Assembly (NCBI GenBank): GCA_963701855.1
Contig: CAVPBK010000012.1
Location: 43,083-107,082, forward strand
DNA length: 64,000 nt
Source: Nitrospirota bacterium
GTDB taxonomy: Bacteria > Nitrospirota > Nitrospiria > Nitrospirales > Nitrospiraceae
Direction of reading: 5' to 3'
Part shown: positions 1-10,564 of the stretch, piece by piece
Numbering within the stretch: position 1 is the first letter of the stretch
How the letters are laid out: every line of letters starts with the position of its first letter
Notes under the pieces: generated by a model
Told to the model about the DNA's origin: nothing
Seen by the model: only the letters and a program-made list of their open reading frames with translations
Database searches by the model: none
Program-made: the position numbers and the translations under genes

Positions 1-30
1 GCGATGGTAATGGCGAATTGAGAAGGGCAT
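1..30 (-). CDS. 5' end of a gene running off the window (MPFSIRHYHR..., PilZ-protein-type leader)
   Basis: ATG at 30 downstream of the repeated promoter module; same MPFSIR leader as genes starting at 7890 and 1889. Confidence 0.55.
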   Translation of the reverse strand, partial: MPFSIRHYHR

Positions 31-50
31 AGGGCCTCGCAGGGAAGCGC

Positions 51-80
51 ATTCTAGTCGGATGTCGGCGTGAGGAGCAA
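51..80 (-). promoter_or_regulatory. sigma70-like promoter, repeated module copy 1 (TTGCTC-N18-TAGAAT)
   Basis: reverse complement of 51-80; 20 nt upstream of ATG; homologous context to 7 other copies. Confidence 0.6.
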
Positions 81-195
81 GCGAGGGCACTAGGGGATTT
101 CACAGTGCCGTAAATATCTGCGCAACCTTAACATTTAGCTCATCCCACGGTTCCCTATATGGCTGTTATTGAAACTGTCAGCAAGGAGGATGTAA

Positions 196-453
196 ATGGC
201 TGTTGCTGCCCCGTTTATTCCGACAAGTCATGAGATGCCCTCAGCCTCGTGGAGGGGGACGACGTTACTCCCCTGTTGTTGTGTGTGCGGACTCGTTCGA
301 GATGAGACCAGACCCGCACATCATTCTCAGCGTTGGGTCATGCAGGGGACGTATCGAAATTTACATGGCGTGGAGCCGTCCAATTGCCTTTTGACTCATA
401 CCTACTGTCCAGAATGTTTATTACAAGCCCAGCATGGAATCAGGGCAGCCTAG
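196..453 (+). CDS. small Cys-rich putative Zn-binding protein (stand-alone LPxCxxC...RD...W...HxxCPEC module)
   Basis: strong RBS AAGGAGG; motif resembles the C-terminal tail of many PAS/response-regulator proteins. Confidence 0.6.
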   Translation: MAVAAPFIPTSHEMPSASWRGTTLLPCCCVCGLVRDETRPAHHSQRWVMQGTYRNLHGVEPSNCLLTHTYCPECLLQAQHGIRAA

Positions 454-736
454 GGGCTTGCCCAGTGATTGAAAAGGAGGTAAGGAAGAATGAACACAGA
501 GAAGAAAGAGGAGTATGTCCAGCCAGTGCTCGTGAGGCACGAGTAGCTGCGGGATATTACTGCAAAGGCTTCTGGCGTTCATCTCTCAGCGTTTAGCTTA
601 GGCCATTCCTATGGCCATACCATACCATCACCATCACCATGACAGATAAGCCACTGGGAGGGTGGTCGATTCATGAGAGTCGGCTACCCACGTTTCTCCC
701 GATGCGCGAGGGCACGGGGGCCTCGCAGGGAGGCCT

Positions 737-766
737 ATTCTGGAAGGGAAGCGAAGGAAGGCCCAA
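737..766 (-). promoter_or_regulatory. repeated promoter module copy 2 (TTGGGC-N18-CAGAAT), upstream of a decayed ORF
   Basis: shares cctcgcagggag...attct.gaaggg..gcgaa...caaggg context with other copies. Confidence 0.5.
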
Positions 767-967
767 GGGCGATCCGCGAGAGAATGGACGTAGTTGATCA
801 ACGGTCGAGAACTCGTGACTTCCTCCACTTCCACGGTTCCACGGCGGCAACGGCTGGGGATCAGCTCTCTTATGTTTTCGGATCACCACTATTTTTGGTA
901 AGTCCGCGCATCTCTTGAAGAATAGCCACGCCCCCCATTCCACTCCATCCTGCGCTACTATTATACG

Positions 968-1354
968 ATGGCTCAGTGGACACAACAGACCAGGGAAGAT
1001 AGTCCGGGGTTTAATACGAGGTTTACTATTGACTGTGTGCTTCCGCTCGCTAGCACCCAGCTTCAAGCGGACGGGTGCGTGCTCGAAAATATAGAGGATG
1101 GACATAAGCTCATCACCCCTGAGTACCTGAGAGCAGGGGATCTTGTGAAAATCCAATTATGGTTGGAAGGTGAGGAGGCCTTTGTAGACATCCCGCTGGC
1201 GGTAGTCAGTAAGGTTCAGGCCCCTTGGATCACGGTAGGTGTGATCCGGGTGAGCCCACCTGACCAGTTAAGATTGAAACAATTTATCCAGACCCCAGCA
1301 GCCATACACATTAAAAAACCTGCTCTCATCGACCAACTTCTCATTCGGGCATAG
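968..1354 (+). CDS. PilZ-like domain protein
   Basis: G.V.NI, GD.V.I.LWL, I..AVV.W-like and RL..FI pattern typical of PilZ folds. Confidence 0.6.
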   Translation: MAQWTQQTREDSPGFNTRFTIDCVLPLASTQLQADGCVLENIEDGHKLITPEYLRAGDLVKIQLWLEGEEAFVDIPLAVVSKVQAPWITVGVIRVSPPDQLRLKQFIQTPAAIHIKKPALIDQLLIRA

Positions 1355-1404
1355 TTCGTCGATTGTTGTGGGGGGGTGGAATGAGCCGGCCCGTCACGCG
1401 CCGC

Positions 1405-1889
1405 TCACCTACGCCCCTTTCGCCACTCCCACGGCGGCAGGGGATACGGGTCGGCCCACAGGCCTCGCCACGCTTCCGTGCCTCAGTCTCCAACTGTTCC
1501 AGCGCGACATTCCTCGGCACATACTTCCGATACCACCAGCACCATCCGTCTTTGACCAACGTGTGATTCATGTTGGTGCCATCAGGCAGGATCACATCGG
1601 CAAGGGTGCGCTTGTACTTGTCGTAGCCGTGCGTCTGGATTGTGACTTCTTTGCCAAAGGCGAGGTCAGAGGCGGCCTGCTTTGCACGATGGCCGAAGGC
1701 TTGGCCTTTCTCAGGGCAGTCGATGCCACTGAGGCGGACACGCTCAGCATGGTGGCCATTCAGTACTTCGATGATGTCGTCATCGAGGACGGAGACAACG
1801 GGGCCGGTGAAGTCAGCGAAGGCCAGTGCAGGAAGAAGCGACAAGAATGTCGCGAATATGAGAGATGGCCGTATTGAGAAGGGTGTCAT
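1405..1889 (-). pseudogene. thermonuclease (SNase) family protein, frameshifted near C-terminus
   Basis: RLSGIDCPE, GQAFG, DKYKRTLA, GWCWWY motifs; DGDT changed to DDDI; GLWADP..PPWEWR continues in another frame. Confidence 0.8.
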
Positions 1890-2394
1890 CGCTGTCTTTC
1901 GGCGGAACGCTCCAAACCGTGCCATGTCCATCGGGCACATAGCTAGCTGAAAACCGCACATCTCCCTCCTCCCTCTTAGACGCGGCAACCTTGGTCAGTC
2001 ACGGGCTGACCCCCCGACTCGCCATGATCCATCAAGGGTTATCGGCACTTCTCCTCCGTTGCTCCGCCACATGCCCGCCAAGGAATCCCCTAATTTCAAC
2101 GGACTGCGACCAACGGATTGAAGTGAACGAGGACGGCATGCTCTGTGCCTTACGACGATGCTGTAGGCACAATTCACGTGAGCAGTTTGAGGATTGTGCA
2201 TATTTTTTTGAAAGGAGACACACCATGACGATGATCGATGCGGTGTTGTTCAATGGTTCGCAGTATATCGTGTCGCTTGGACTCTTGGCCCTGGCGTGGG
2301 CAACGTTGCAGAGCAAAAATACATGAACGCAGAGTTCGGCGGCGCGCACTGTTTGTAGCGTGAACGGTATTCACCACTAACCCAAGGAGGTCCC

Positions 2395-2685
2395 ATGATA
2401 TCCATTCCCCAAGTTGGCAGCATCCTGTGTGGCATGGCGTTACTCTTGACTGCGTCCTACGCGGTCGCGCAAGCGCCGAATGACCCGACGCACAACCGGA
2501 CCATCAAGGGCGACGTAGCGCGCATCGACTATGCGTACTATGTCGTCAAGGAGCAGGACGGCCGGGAAGTGCGCGTGCATGCAGATAAGACGACGCAGAT
2601 GATGGGACAGCTCAAGCAGGGCGATCGTGTTGAAGCGGAAGTCACCGCTGAGAACCACATCCTGCGGATGCGTCCACTCCCCTGA
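2395..2685 (+). CDS. secreted small OB-fold-like protein
   Basis: RBS AAGGAGG, signal peptide, TIKGDV..ID / GREVRVH.DKTT / GDRVEAEV. Confidence 0.7.
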   Translation: MISIPQVGSILCGMALLLTASYAVAQAPNDPTHNRTIKGDVARIDYAYYVVKEQDGREVRVHADKTTQMMGQLKQGDRVEAEVTAENHILRMRPLP

Positions 2686-2831
2686 GTCAATCTCTCATGG
2701 CCGCGGAAGGATGTGTTTTTGAGCTAGCGCATCCTTCCGCGGCCATGGTCGACCTTGATGATCTTTTCCGAATAGGCGTGACCAATTCCCCACTCACTCG
2801 GTCTGCGCTTACAACAACCAAGGAGGTTGCC

Positions 2832-3203
2832 ATGTTATCTATGCTGAAAGCCATCGGTGCTCTGTCTTGTGGTTTCGTGCTGTGCGTGAGTTTGCCCAAC
2901 ACCACACAGGCCATCAACAATCTGGCGCAAGAATTGGAACAACAAGAAGCTGACGAGCAAGCCGACAGGCTATCCGGTGCGGTGAAACAAGAGAAGGAAA
3001 CACCGACGGGCGCCATCACAGTTCGAGGTGAAGTGTTACGCATTAAACGCAATAACTATTTGATCAGGAAATTTACTGGTGACGTAGAACACTTGCATCT
3101 CGACGACAACACTCAAAAGACCGAGACTATTCGCCAAGGGGATCGGATTGTGGCGAAGGTGGACGATCAGAGGCATGTGTTGCTGATTGGACCGATTCAA
3201 TAA
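2832..3203 (+). CDS. secreted small OB-fold-like protein, paralog of 2395..2685
   Basis: RBS AAGGAGG, signal peptide, TVRGEVLRI / LHLDDNT / GDRIVAKV. Confidence 0.7.
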   Translation: MLSMLKAIGALSCGFVLCVSLPNTTQAINNLAQELEQQEADEQADRLSGAVKQEKETPTGAITVRGEVLRIKRNNYLIRKFTGDVEHLHLDDNTQKTETIRQGDRIVAKVDDQRHVLLIGPIQ

Positions 3204-3204
3204 A

Positions 3205-3710
3205 CCGTTCCACTGCCGGTGCTGCTGCGAGAGACCCACGGGGGGGTTAGGCGAGGGATCAGCCCAGAGACCTTGCTTGGCCTCCCGTGTGTTCGTCTTT
3301 AGCTTCTCCAGTTCCGTATCGAGCGGCGCATACTTCCGATACCACCAGCACCAGCCGTCTTTGACCAGCATGTGATTGACGTTGGTACCATCCAGCAGGA
3401 GCACATCGGCTAGGGTGCGCTTGTACTTGTCGTAACCGTGCGTCTGAAGGGTCACGTCTTGGCCAAATGCGAGTGCTGAGGCCGACTGTTTGGCTTTTTG
3501 ACCAAAGGCTTGGCCTTTCTCAGGGCAGTCGATGCCGCTGAGGCGGAAGCGTTCAGCATGGTGGCCGTTTAGCACTTCGATGGTGTCGCCGTCGAGAACA
3601 CTGACGACAGGGCCAGTGAAGTCGGCGAAAGCGACGGTTGGCGGTAACAGTATCAGCGAGAGAACAACAACTAGGCGCAACTGGCGTGGCATAGACAGGC
3701 CTTCCAGCAT
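3205..3710 (-). pseudogene. thermonuclease family protein, C-terminal frameshift in a C run
   Basis: DGDT, RLSGIDCPE, DKYKRTLA, GLWADP then loss of the PPW frame at ~3240. Confidence 0.8.
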
Positions 3711-3813
3711 GGGGAATCGATAGCTCAGGCTGATCCCCTGGGCCTGCTCCCGCTGAGCAAGAGGATGAACCGGCTTGCCGAGCGCCTCTCCCTCACCGGG
3801 TTAGGTTGGGTGG

Positions 3814-4269
3814 TTATCCGAGTTTGTTAAGCTCGTCATCATGCTTTTTTAATAGGACTTCTGTTTGACGCATTCTCTCTTTACTGTCGCGATCACAGTG
3901 ATCGAAATGTGCCCTGGCCTTGTCCCAATCTGAGCGGCTTACTACCTTGCGTTGTGGTATCCCTTTGTCATGGTAGTCAATCACAAAGACGCTGCCGTTC
4001 TCGGAGCACTTCTCCATGTCCTCAAGTTTCATATGCGTCCCAGCTATCCATGTCTCTTGAGTATAGCCGGTCTCAGGATTCAGTATGTGCGCGGTGACGG
4101 ATTGATTACCTGACTTCACCACTTTAAATACTCCTTCCTCCCCCTTTTGCATCTTCTCCCGCCACGCCTTCGTGACGACCACATCCTTCATGATGCCGTT
4201 TTCTTGTTCAATCTGAATGGTCATCTTTTCGCCAAACATCGCATCAAATAATCCTGTACTAAACTTCAT
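3814..4269 (-). CDS. hypothetical protein (AT-richer cargo)
   Basis: 151-aa ORF with RBS-like GGGGGTGAG. Confidence 0.55.
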   Translation of the reverse strand: MKFSTGLFDAMFGEKMTIQIEQENGIMKDVVVTKAWREKMQKGEEGVFKVVKSGNQSVTAHILNPETGYTQETWIAGTHMKLEDMEKCSENGSVFVIDYHDKGIPQRKVVSRSDWDKARAHFDHCDRDSKERMRQTEVLLKKHDDELNKLG

Positions 4270-4468
4270 CTCACCCCCATTGGTTACACGCAATCTCCCA
4301 CATGTTGGAGACGGTGGCTTCTTCTATGGACATGATCTCGTGTTTGGGGAGTTGTCGTTCATGGCGTAAACTCGTGTTTTCTGTTTCACCACAGTCTGGA
4401 CCTTGATCGTGTCGTAGGTGGCCTCCCGCACTGATGATACTCCTCTTGATCATCATGAACATTGACCG

Positions 4469-4852
4469 CTATCTCTCAGGACTATCCCGACAAGCTTTCC
4501 GCAAGGCCTGGTAGAGGGCCCGGTGGACCATGAGGAGATGTCGCTCGCTCGGTCTGGCATCCAGCTCTGCCTTGAGTATGTCCCGTATCTGATCGGAAGT
4601 CATTCCTGCAACGCAGGGGTTGATCCAGAACAAGCCTGGCGTCTTCAGTGTGGCAGCGAGATCTAACCCATCCGCGACACCCATGGCATACGTGGCTTGC
4701 TCGGTTTTATTTAGCCCCAACCAATCATTGCCACTCATGAACCCTTTGGGCACATGTGCTTCATCAAGGCCCATCTCGGCTGTGGAAGAGAGAGCAGTGC
4801 CGAGTAGTAATCCGAGAACCAATGGCGCTAGCCCAAGAATGTATTTCAACAT
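4469..4852 (-). CDS. secreted protein, Rap1a/Tai immunity-like
   Basis: signal peptide; SGND...Y..GVADG...C...T..Q......P..RH...AL...C pattern. Confidence 0.45.
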   Translation of the reverse strand: MLKYILGLAPLVLGLLLGTALSSTAEMGLDEAHVPKGFMSGNDWLGLNKTEQATYAMGVADGLDLAATLKTPGLFWINPCVAGMTSDQIRDILKAELDARPSERHLLMVHRALYQALRKACRDSPER

Positions 4853-4963
4853 ATGCCCTCCTCGGAAGACGCGGTCTCATGAGCAGTGATGCATGCTCGT
4901 CTCTTTGGTGTCATCCGTCACAAGAGCTGGCTTACCGAAAATAGAGGTCTCGCAGGGAGGCAT

Positions 4964-4992
4964 ATTGTAGGAAGGGGACGATCAAACCGCAA
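4964..4992 (-). promoter_or_regulatory. repeated promoter module copy 3 (TTGCGG-N17-TACAAT)
   Basis: reverse complement of 4964-4992 with adjacent ctcgcagggagg leader. Confidence 0.6.
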
Positions 4993-5115
4993 GGCGGGGC
5001 GTGGGGAATTGGTGGTATTGATTGGAGGAACTTTTCTGGATGGCAGGTTACTTTTCAGGTCTGGATAAACCTCTTACTGACAACTATGTGCCGATCGATT
5101 TCTTGTTGCGTCCAC

Positions 5116-5622
5116 TCAACGGTTCAGTTTCCGCCACTCCCACGGCGGCACGGGTTGCGGATCAGCCCACAAGCCTTTCCTCGCTTGGCGTGCCTCCGCC
5201 TCTAGCTTCTCTAGGACTGTATCCCCTGGCTCATACTTGCGATACCACCAGCAACAACCGTCTTTGACAAGCGTCTGGTTGACGTTCGATCCATCGGACA
5301 GAAGCACATCGGCCAGAGTGCGCTTGTACTTGTCATAGCCGTGCGTCTGGAGCGTGACGTCTTTCCCAAAGACTAAGGCTGACGCAGCCTGCTTGGCCTG
5401 CTTGCCGAACGCTTGGCCTTTCTTCGGGCAATCGATGCCGCTGAGGCGGATACGCTCAGTATGGTGGCCGTTCAGGACTTCGATCGTGTCGCGGTCAATT
5501 ACCCCGACGACTCTTCCGGTGAAGTCGGCAGCAAGGCCCAGAACCGGACACAGCAGAACGATGTAAATGAACCAAAGAATTACTGCGGCTAAGAACAAAG
5601 TGGAGGGCGGTAAGAACCTCAC
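5116..5622 (-). CDS. thermonuclease family protein (DGDT altered to DRDT)
   Basis: RLSGIDCP, DKYKRTLA, GLWADPQPVPPWEWR. Confidence 0.85.
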   Translation of the reverse strand: MRFLPPSTLFLAAVILWFIYIVLLCPVLGLAADFTGRVVGVIDRDTIEVLNGHHTERIRLSGIDCPKKGQAFGKQAKQAASALVFGKDVTLQTHGYDKYKRTLADVLLSDGSNVNQTLVKDGCCWWYRKYEPGDTVLEKLEAEARQARKGLWADPQPVPPWEWRKLNR

Positions 5623-5676
5623 AAATATTCTTCCTATGGGACCATGGCACAGCCATGGCAGCCTCCTGGCTGCCTC

Positions 5677-6075
5677 CTATGGACGAAACGACTTTGTCTG
5701 ACGTTTTCGATCGCGGACGACGAGTGAGGGGAGCCCCTCGTTGTCCACCGAGAGGACCAACCGTGTTTTGCCATCCACATCACGCACCTCTACTCCGGTG
5801 TCCTTGGAGATCCCGACCCGCACCCGCGCAGTATCAAACTCATCGCGCATGGTGAGGACCGGCTGCCCTTCGTCGTTGAAGGAAAGGGCGGCTCGCGTGT
5901 GCCCCTGTTGATCAATGAGGCGGAACTCCTTGGCACTGACGACGGCGGGCACCTCCCCTGCCGGTTCTTGCGCCGTGACAAGGCCTCCCCCGACCAGAAA
6001 GATGGCGACAATTCCGCCAAGCAGTCCAGATAGCATACTGACCGTGATGAGCACCCCTGTCTGTGGTCTGTCCAT
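5677..6075 (-). CDS. membrane-anchored hypothetical protein
   Basis: RBS AAGGAG, N-terminal TM helix, repeated L.D..G..R..L units. Confidence 0.7.
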   Translation of the reverse strand: MDRPQTGVLITVSMLSGLLGGIVAIFLVGGGLVTAQEPAGEVPAVVSAKEFRLIDQQGHTRAALSFNDEGQPVLTMRDEFDTARVRVGISKDTGVEVRDVDGKTRLVLSVDNEGLPSLVVRDRKRQTKSFRP

Positions 6076-6292
6076 GAGTCTTCTCCTTATTGTTACGTGG
6101 TCTTCGTTGGCAGCGTTCCTCCTGGCACGTCTCTCAAGATGAACACATGAGGGAACTCACGCCACAGCTAGGTTGGCTATGAGGCGCTGCGTTCACGCTA
6201 AATTCTGTCATGCTATCAGCTTACGAGGGTAGGAGCGAAAGGAAACGCCTGGGCTATTTCTGTCCAATCCTCACAAAGGAAGGGAGGTTCCA

Positions 6293-6637
6293 TCAACAGA
6301 GTTGCACCGTGGCAACCGTCGTGTCGTCGTTGACATATACATAGAAGCAACCACGGCTCGCCGTGTGCGGAGACTGCTGCACGAACAAGACGGACCATTC
6401 TCTGGCGTGCGAGTCAAAAATCACGCTGGTGATGTCGTAGTCATAGAGCTTCTGCTGGATCACCTTCCGGGCTGCCGTTTTGGCGAGGGTGAGCACCTCA
6501 GGCTGGGTCAACTGCGAGGAACTCTTGCCGGGAGAGGCATCAGGGCCTGAGGGCTGGGTAGAGCGCACAACCGTCGGTGCAAGACCTGCAAGACACAGGA
6601 CAAGACCGACAGCTCTGAGAACTGTCGTGGCTCTCAT
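6293..6637 (-). CDS. secreted hypothetical protein
   Basis: signal peptide; co-oriented downstream of the ComEA-like gene. Confidence 0.6.
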   Translation of the reverse strand: MRATTVLRAVGLVLCLAGLAPTVVRSTQPSGPDASPGKSSSQLTQPEVLTLAKTAARKVIQQKLYDYDITSVIFDSHAREWSVLFVQQSPHTASRGCFYVYVNDDTTVATVQLC

Positions 6638-6673
6638 GTGATAACGCTCCGCGTGTGATCTGGCGTTCCACGC

Positions 6674-6973
6674 CTACTTCTGCTTCGCCACAATCTTGTA
6701 TTTGATCCCCTCATACGTGGCTCGTGGAAGAATCTTCTTCTGCACCAACTCATCTTTCCGTGCATACGGTCGGCCCTTAATGATCTTTTCAGAGTACGCA
6801 TCGCTAATACCGGGGAGCGCCTTGAGTTGGTCGGCGGTGGCCGTGTTGAGGTCGAGGAGATCGTCTTTCTCAGCCGCAGCGAGGACAGGGCCGGGACTGA
6901 GCGGGACAGACACAATGAGTCCCGTGATGGCAAACAGAAAGAATGCGCCGATGAACACACGTAGACCAGTCAT
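6674..6973 (-). CDS. ComEA-like helix-hairpin-helix DNA-binding protein
   Basis: LDLNTAT..QLKALPGI..AYSEKIIKGRPY..KDELV. Confidence 0.85.
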   Translation of the reverse strand: MTGLRVFIGAFFLFAITGLIVSVPLSPGPVLAAAEKDDLLDLNTATADQLKALPGISDAYSEKIIKGRPYARKDELVQKKILPRATYEGIKYKIVAKQK

Positions 6974-7350
6974 GATGCTGTCTCCTTCATTGGTGTGAGA
7001 TCGTTCCTCACTTGTCGAACCTGGACCTCGATCTTCCGTGCAAGCGCCTGCCCCTGCCGACTGAGCGACAAACGCACGGCACGACTATCCGTGACCGAAC
7101 GACGCTTCCTGACCCAGCGTTTCCCCGCGAGGTCCTTCGCTACCACACTCAACGTCGGGAGTGTCACGAGGAGCGCGGTTGCGGCATCCGTCAGCTTGGC
7201 ATCCATGTGCCGTTGCAGATAGAGGAGCACGCCCGCTTGGAGCGGTGTCACGCGGATCGAGTCCAATCGTCGTCTGAACTAGCCGTGCAACTGCAACACC
7301 AGTTCCAGGAGTGTCAGCGCCTCATGGCCATTGTGCATGACGCCTCGCAT
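6970..7350 (-). pseudogene. MarR family regulator with in-frame TAG at codon 24
   Basis: MRGVMHNGHEALTLLELVLQLHG*FRRRLDSIRVTPLQAGVL...DSRAVRLSLS..G; stop at 7279-7281. Confidence 0.75.
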
Positions 7351-7425
7351 AGTTAGTGCCTCGTCCCCTTCGCTACCCGCTGCCCCACCTCAATAAGCCG
7401 CCTCAACCATTTGAGCACTACGCGA

Positions 7426-7890
7426 TCACTTCTTGCCACATGCAAGTTTCCATTCCCGTTTACCAAGAGTTTCTGGTGCAATTGGTATCCACTGGCCTTC
7501 CGCTAAGCTTGACGAAACCACCTTACCTTTTCCCATGTTGCCAGCCATCTCGAAAATTGAATTCGTCCGAACGCGCTCTCCTTTGCAGTCGTACTCACTT
7601 CGCATCTTCGTAGAAAAAACAGCGTCGCGTCCCGTGGTTATAGGAGTCTTGTAGTCATACAAGAGCCATATCTTCACCAGATTTCCGTTGCGACGAATGG
7701 TGTCTGGATCGAAGTGCACCGTCATCCCGTCGGCTTCGGTAAGCCTCACCCATTCCGCATTCGCTGGAACAGTATTCAGCAGTAGGAGAGTTGTCATTGC
7801 CCAGAAGCTCAAAAAGAAGAGTGGCCCCGCGTTGTTCGTAACGGCGCAGTGCGCAGGAAAGCGACGGTGTGGGCGAATCGAGAAGGGCAT
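7426..7890 (-). CDS. surface-adhesin E-like secreted protein with a PilZ-type N-terminal leader
   Basis: AEWV...DPDTIRR.G.LVK.W.L.D...EYDC...GNMG.G...W.PIAP...WKLACGKK. Confidence 0.75.
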   Translation of the reverse strand: MPFSIRPHRRFPAHCAVTNNAGPLFFLSFWAMTTLLLLNTVPANAEWVRLTEADGMTVHFDPDTIRRNGNLVKIWLLYDYKTPITTGRDAVFSTKMRSEYDCKGERVRTNSIFEMAGNMGKGKVVSSSLAEGQWIPIAPETLGKREWKLACGKK

Positions 7891-7912
7891 AGAGGCCTCG
7901 CAGGGAGAGGGT

Positions 7913-7942
7913 AGTGTAGGAGGGAAACGAACTATGGTGCAA
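7913..7942 (-). promoter_or_regulatory. repeated promoter module copy 4 (TTGCAC-N18-TACACT)
   Basis: reverse complement of 7913-7942, 22 nt upstream of ATG 7890. Confidence 0.6.
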
Positions 7943-7961
7943 GGGCCGATGCGATTGGTTA

Positions 7962-8210
7962 CTAGCGTCCTGGTCCAGTTGATGGCGGGATCGGGCCACG
8001 CCACGAGGCTTTGAGCATCGCCACTGGTTGGTCTTTGTCAGGCCACCAGACGGTCAGTTCCCCATTGGTCTCCCGCACTTGCACCATGATGTCCCGAGAT
8101 GGTGGGTCACGCCGAAACCAGTAGCAGCCAGGTTGAGTGGGCGGCTCTGGGCTCCATTGGATATCCGTCGCTATTGGAGAGGGCTTACTGACCTTCGCCG
8201 TTGAATCCAT
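7962..8210 (-). CDS. hypothetical protein (PTxPGxYWF...ELTVWWP family)
   Basis: paralogous segment at 15262-15460. Confidence 0.6.
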   Translation of the reverse strand: MDSTAKVSKPSPIATDIQWSPEPPTQPGCYWFRRDPPSRDIMVQVRETNGELTVWWPDKDQPVAMLKASWRGPIPPSTGPGR

Positions 8211-9309
8211 GCAGTGCCTCGAAAAAGCGGGTCTGACTGTACGACAGAATGCCGGGCTCTGCGGCTAGGGCAATCCCTCCAATCTCAAAAGGGAGGAATG
8301 GCCCGAGTTTCAGATTTCATAGCCACTTCATGTGCCTGTCTCTATGTCATTCACGTCCTGACTCATACGCCTTCCTGCCCACTTCTGTCCCTATATGAGA
8401 CTCTTGTCGGGCGGCAAAGCCTTGCCAGTCAAGGGATTTGACGCCATTCCCACGAATTGCGACGGGCTGTCGGCTCGATGGAAGAGTTAGGGGCACCCGT
8501 CGGTTCTCTCCAATGAGACGTGCACCACGATTGACTACATCCGAGAGTTGCCCATTAGCCAGCCATCGCGGCAGATGTCGCTGACGATAGAGGCGATGTC
8601 TTGAGGAGTTTTGATTATGTGGCTTCGAGAAGCCTCCAAGAGCGGTAATTTGGGATCTGCTTTATCTAGGTCATACATCGAACACTCGTGGTCGGAAATG
8701 AGGATGACCCGGTGTACTAGGCTGCCAGGGGGTATCAGAAGACGGAGGAAGGCCACGTCCACCAACGCAAGGTTCTGAATGGCGTGCAGGGTTGCTTTGG
8801 GCTGGCCCGTTGGGGCTAGTACGACAAAGTCGCCGACGCTTCCGCTCTGTATCAATAGCTCCGTGGGGGAGTGAGGGGATGTTGTTGCTCTGTGTGCGGT
8901 GTACGCACTGTGCACTCTTTCGGAGAGTGCACATTCAGCATCCATCGTGCTGCTCAGTGACTTGTCGTCGTCAACGAGGGTGAGACGTGATGGCGGGCTG
9001 CGAAACGCAATGCCGCCCTTTGCCGTTTGCATCACCTTCCGATACATGCTCTCGTGACCCCCCCCCTAAATTTTAAGTATGCTGCAGCCTACCCGTGCAT
9101 ACGCGCAAGTAAGCCAGAAACTGTGCCCGCCACCGCCTATATACCACCTCACGCCACTCACCGTCACCCCACGCGGCAACAAAAACCCCTTGTAACTATT
9201 GATGATCACAAGGGGCCTTTCATCGCAGGCAGTTGAGGGAGGATGTTTGTCTATACTCGAAAGACGAGTCCGTCCGTGGGGAGGTGTCAAGGCGAGAAAC
9301 TAGCGTGGG

Positions 9310-9515
9310 CGATTGAGCGGTTCGAATGGCGTATTGGGATTATACCGATTCGCCGAGTTCAACGGATTCTGTGGCTTGTATTGGTCGGCGGGATTGAATG
9401 GGTTAGTGGGACTGTAGCGATTCGCTGGATTGACCGGGTTTCCCGGATCATAGCGGTTCGCAGGGTTAAAAGGATTGTCTGGCGCGTAGGTCTGTGCGGG
9501 GTTCAGGGGTTGTCT
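9310..9515 (-). repeat. ~5.5 tandem 36-bp units encoding NPANRYxPxNPF-like 12-aa repeats
   Basis: visible periodicity in ORF 9300..9665. Confidence 0.8.
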
Positions 9516-9522
9516 GGCGTCG

Positions 9523-9708
9523 GCGAAGAAGCGGGCCGAGCCATATACCAAGATTGTGGAAGAGTTACCGCAGATGCGAAGAGAAGCGGTGCAGTTAGTG
9601 CGGCAGGCAGTCGGCGCGGGACGACGCGTATATGCTCTGGTCAACAATCGGGCTGAAGGAAACACGCCTTTGACGGTTGAAGGACTTGTGGGGATGTTAT
9701 TAAAATAA
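9523..9708 (+). pseudogene. 3' fragment of DUF72 family gene
   Basis: AKKRAEPYTKIVEELPQMRREAVQLVRQAVGAGRRVYALVNNRAEGNTPLTVEGLVGMLLK*. Confidence 0.7.
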
Positions 9709-9743
9709 AGGCTCGGTTCCTTTCGGAGCCGAGCCTTTTATTT
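9703..9743. terminator. bidirectional intrinsic terminator-like hairpin
   Basis: AAAGGCTCGGTTCC-TTTC-GGAGCCGAGCCTTTT; degenerate copy at 18117-18154. Confidence 0.75.
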
Positions 9744-9883
9744 CAGATTCCGGCATGGTCGCACTGCATGCACACGAGGAGGCGAGTGTCCCTGCACAGG
9801 GCTTCCATAGCGGTTTCTGACCTAACGCCACACTGACTACACCCCGGTGATCCGCTCGCTCCGCTCAGGACGCACAGTCTCAA

Positions 9884-10270
9884 TCACCGCAGTGCCACCG
9901 TCGCGGCGGTGGGAGTCTTGAGAAGACGCCTTAGGGTGTGTCCCAGGAGATCCAGCGAGGAGCCTTTTACAATGAACTCGCTCACCCCCAGCGCACGAAC
10001 CTGCTGCTCCGTCTCGGGGGTACTGTCCCCCGTTAACATGATCACCGGCTGCTTGAGATCGACACTGCGTATCTGCTTCAAGACCGTGACCCCATCGAGG
10101 TCCGGCATGTTCAGATCAAGCACAATGACATCGGGGTGTGCTTGGCGATACAGCTGTAGGCCCTTGCAACCGTTGTCGGCGAGTATCACATCATATCCCT
10201 GCTGACGGAGTAGCAGGTCGAGCAGCGTTCGAACGTTCGGTGCATCATCAATGACGAGAACCTTCGCCAT
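9884..10270 (-). CDS. single-domain response regulator receiver
   Basis: VLVIDD, IVLDLNMP, IMLTG, FIVK. Confidence 0.9.
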   Translation of the reverse strand: MAKVLVIDDAPNVRTLLDLLLRQQGYDVILADNGCKGLQLYRQAHPDVIVLDLNMPDLDGVTVLKQIRSVDLKQPVIMLTGDSTPETEQQVRALGVSEFIVKGSSLDLLGHTLRRLLKTPTAATVALR

Positions 10271-10300
10271 GGTTACCCTTTCCACAATTTAATACCGGCC

Positions 10301-10564
10301 TCAGCATTCGAGGCTTTGACTCGCGCTTTCCCCATCGGCGACTCGACGTTGGACCGGAGTTACAACCCCTGGACGGAGTGCAATCTGATAGGTCGGGCAA
10401 CCAAGTTGTCGCATCAATACCCCTCCATGCCTCGACATCCGATCCACGGCGGTAAATACCTGACTCCAACTGTAGCTTCGGGATAGGTGCACGACGACAT
10501 CATCTAGGCAACAGGGGCCACCGCTCCGCAACTTTTCAATGATCGACTCTTCTAGGTGCGTCAT
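10301..10564 (-). CDS. small winged-helix-like hypothetical protein
   Basis: RBS GGAGG; paralog at 18256..18507. Confidence 0.65.
   Translation of the reverse strand: MTHLEESIIEKLRSGGPCCLDDVVVHLSRSYSWSQVFTAVDRMSRHGGVLMRQLGCPTYQIALRPGVVTPVQRRVADGESASQSLEC

Noticed and set aside
623..640. His-tag-like CATCACCATCACCAT run
   Set aside because: No vector context; reads as a decayed minus-strand fragment (HGDGDGMVW).
9243..9656. Plus-strand 137-aa ORF and many other overlapping antisense ORFs in the track
   Set aside because: Shadows of real genes or repeats on the opposite strand or frame.
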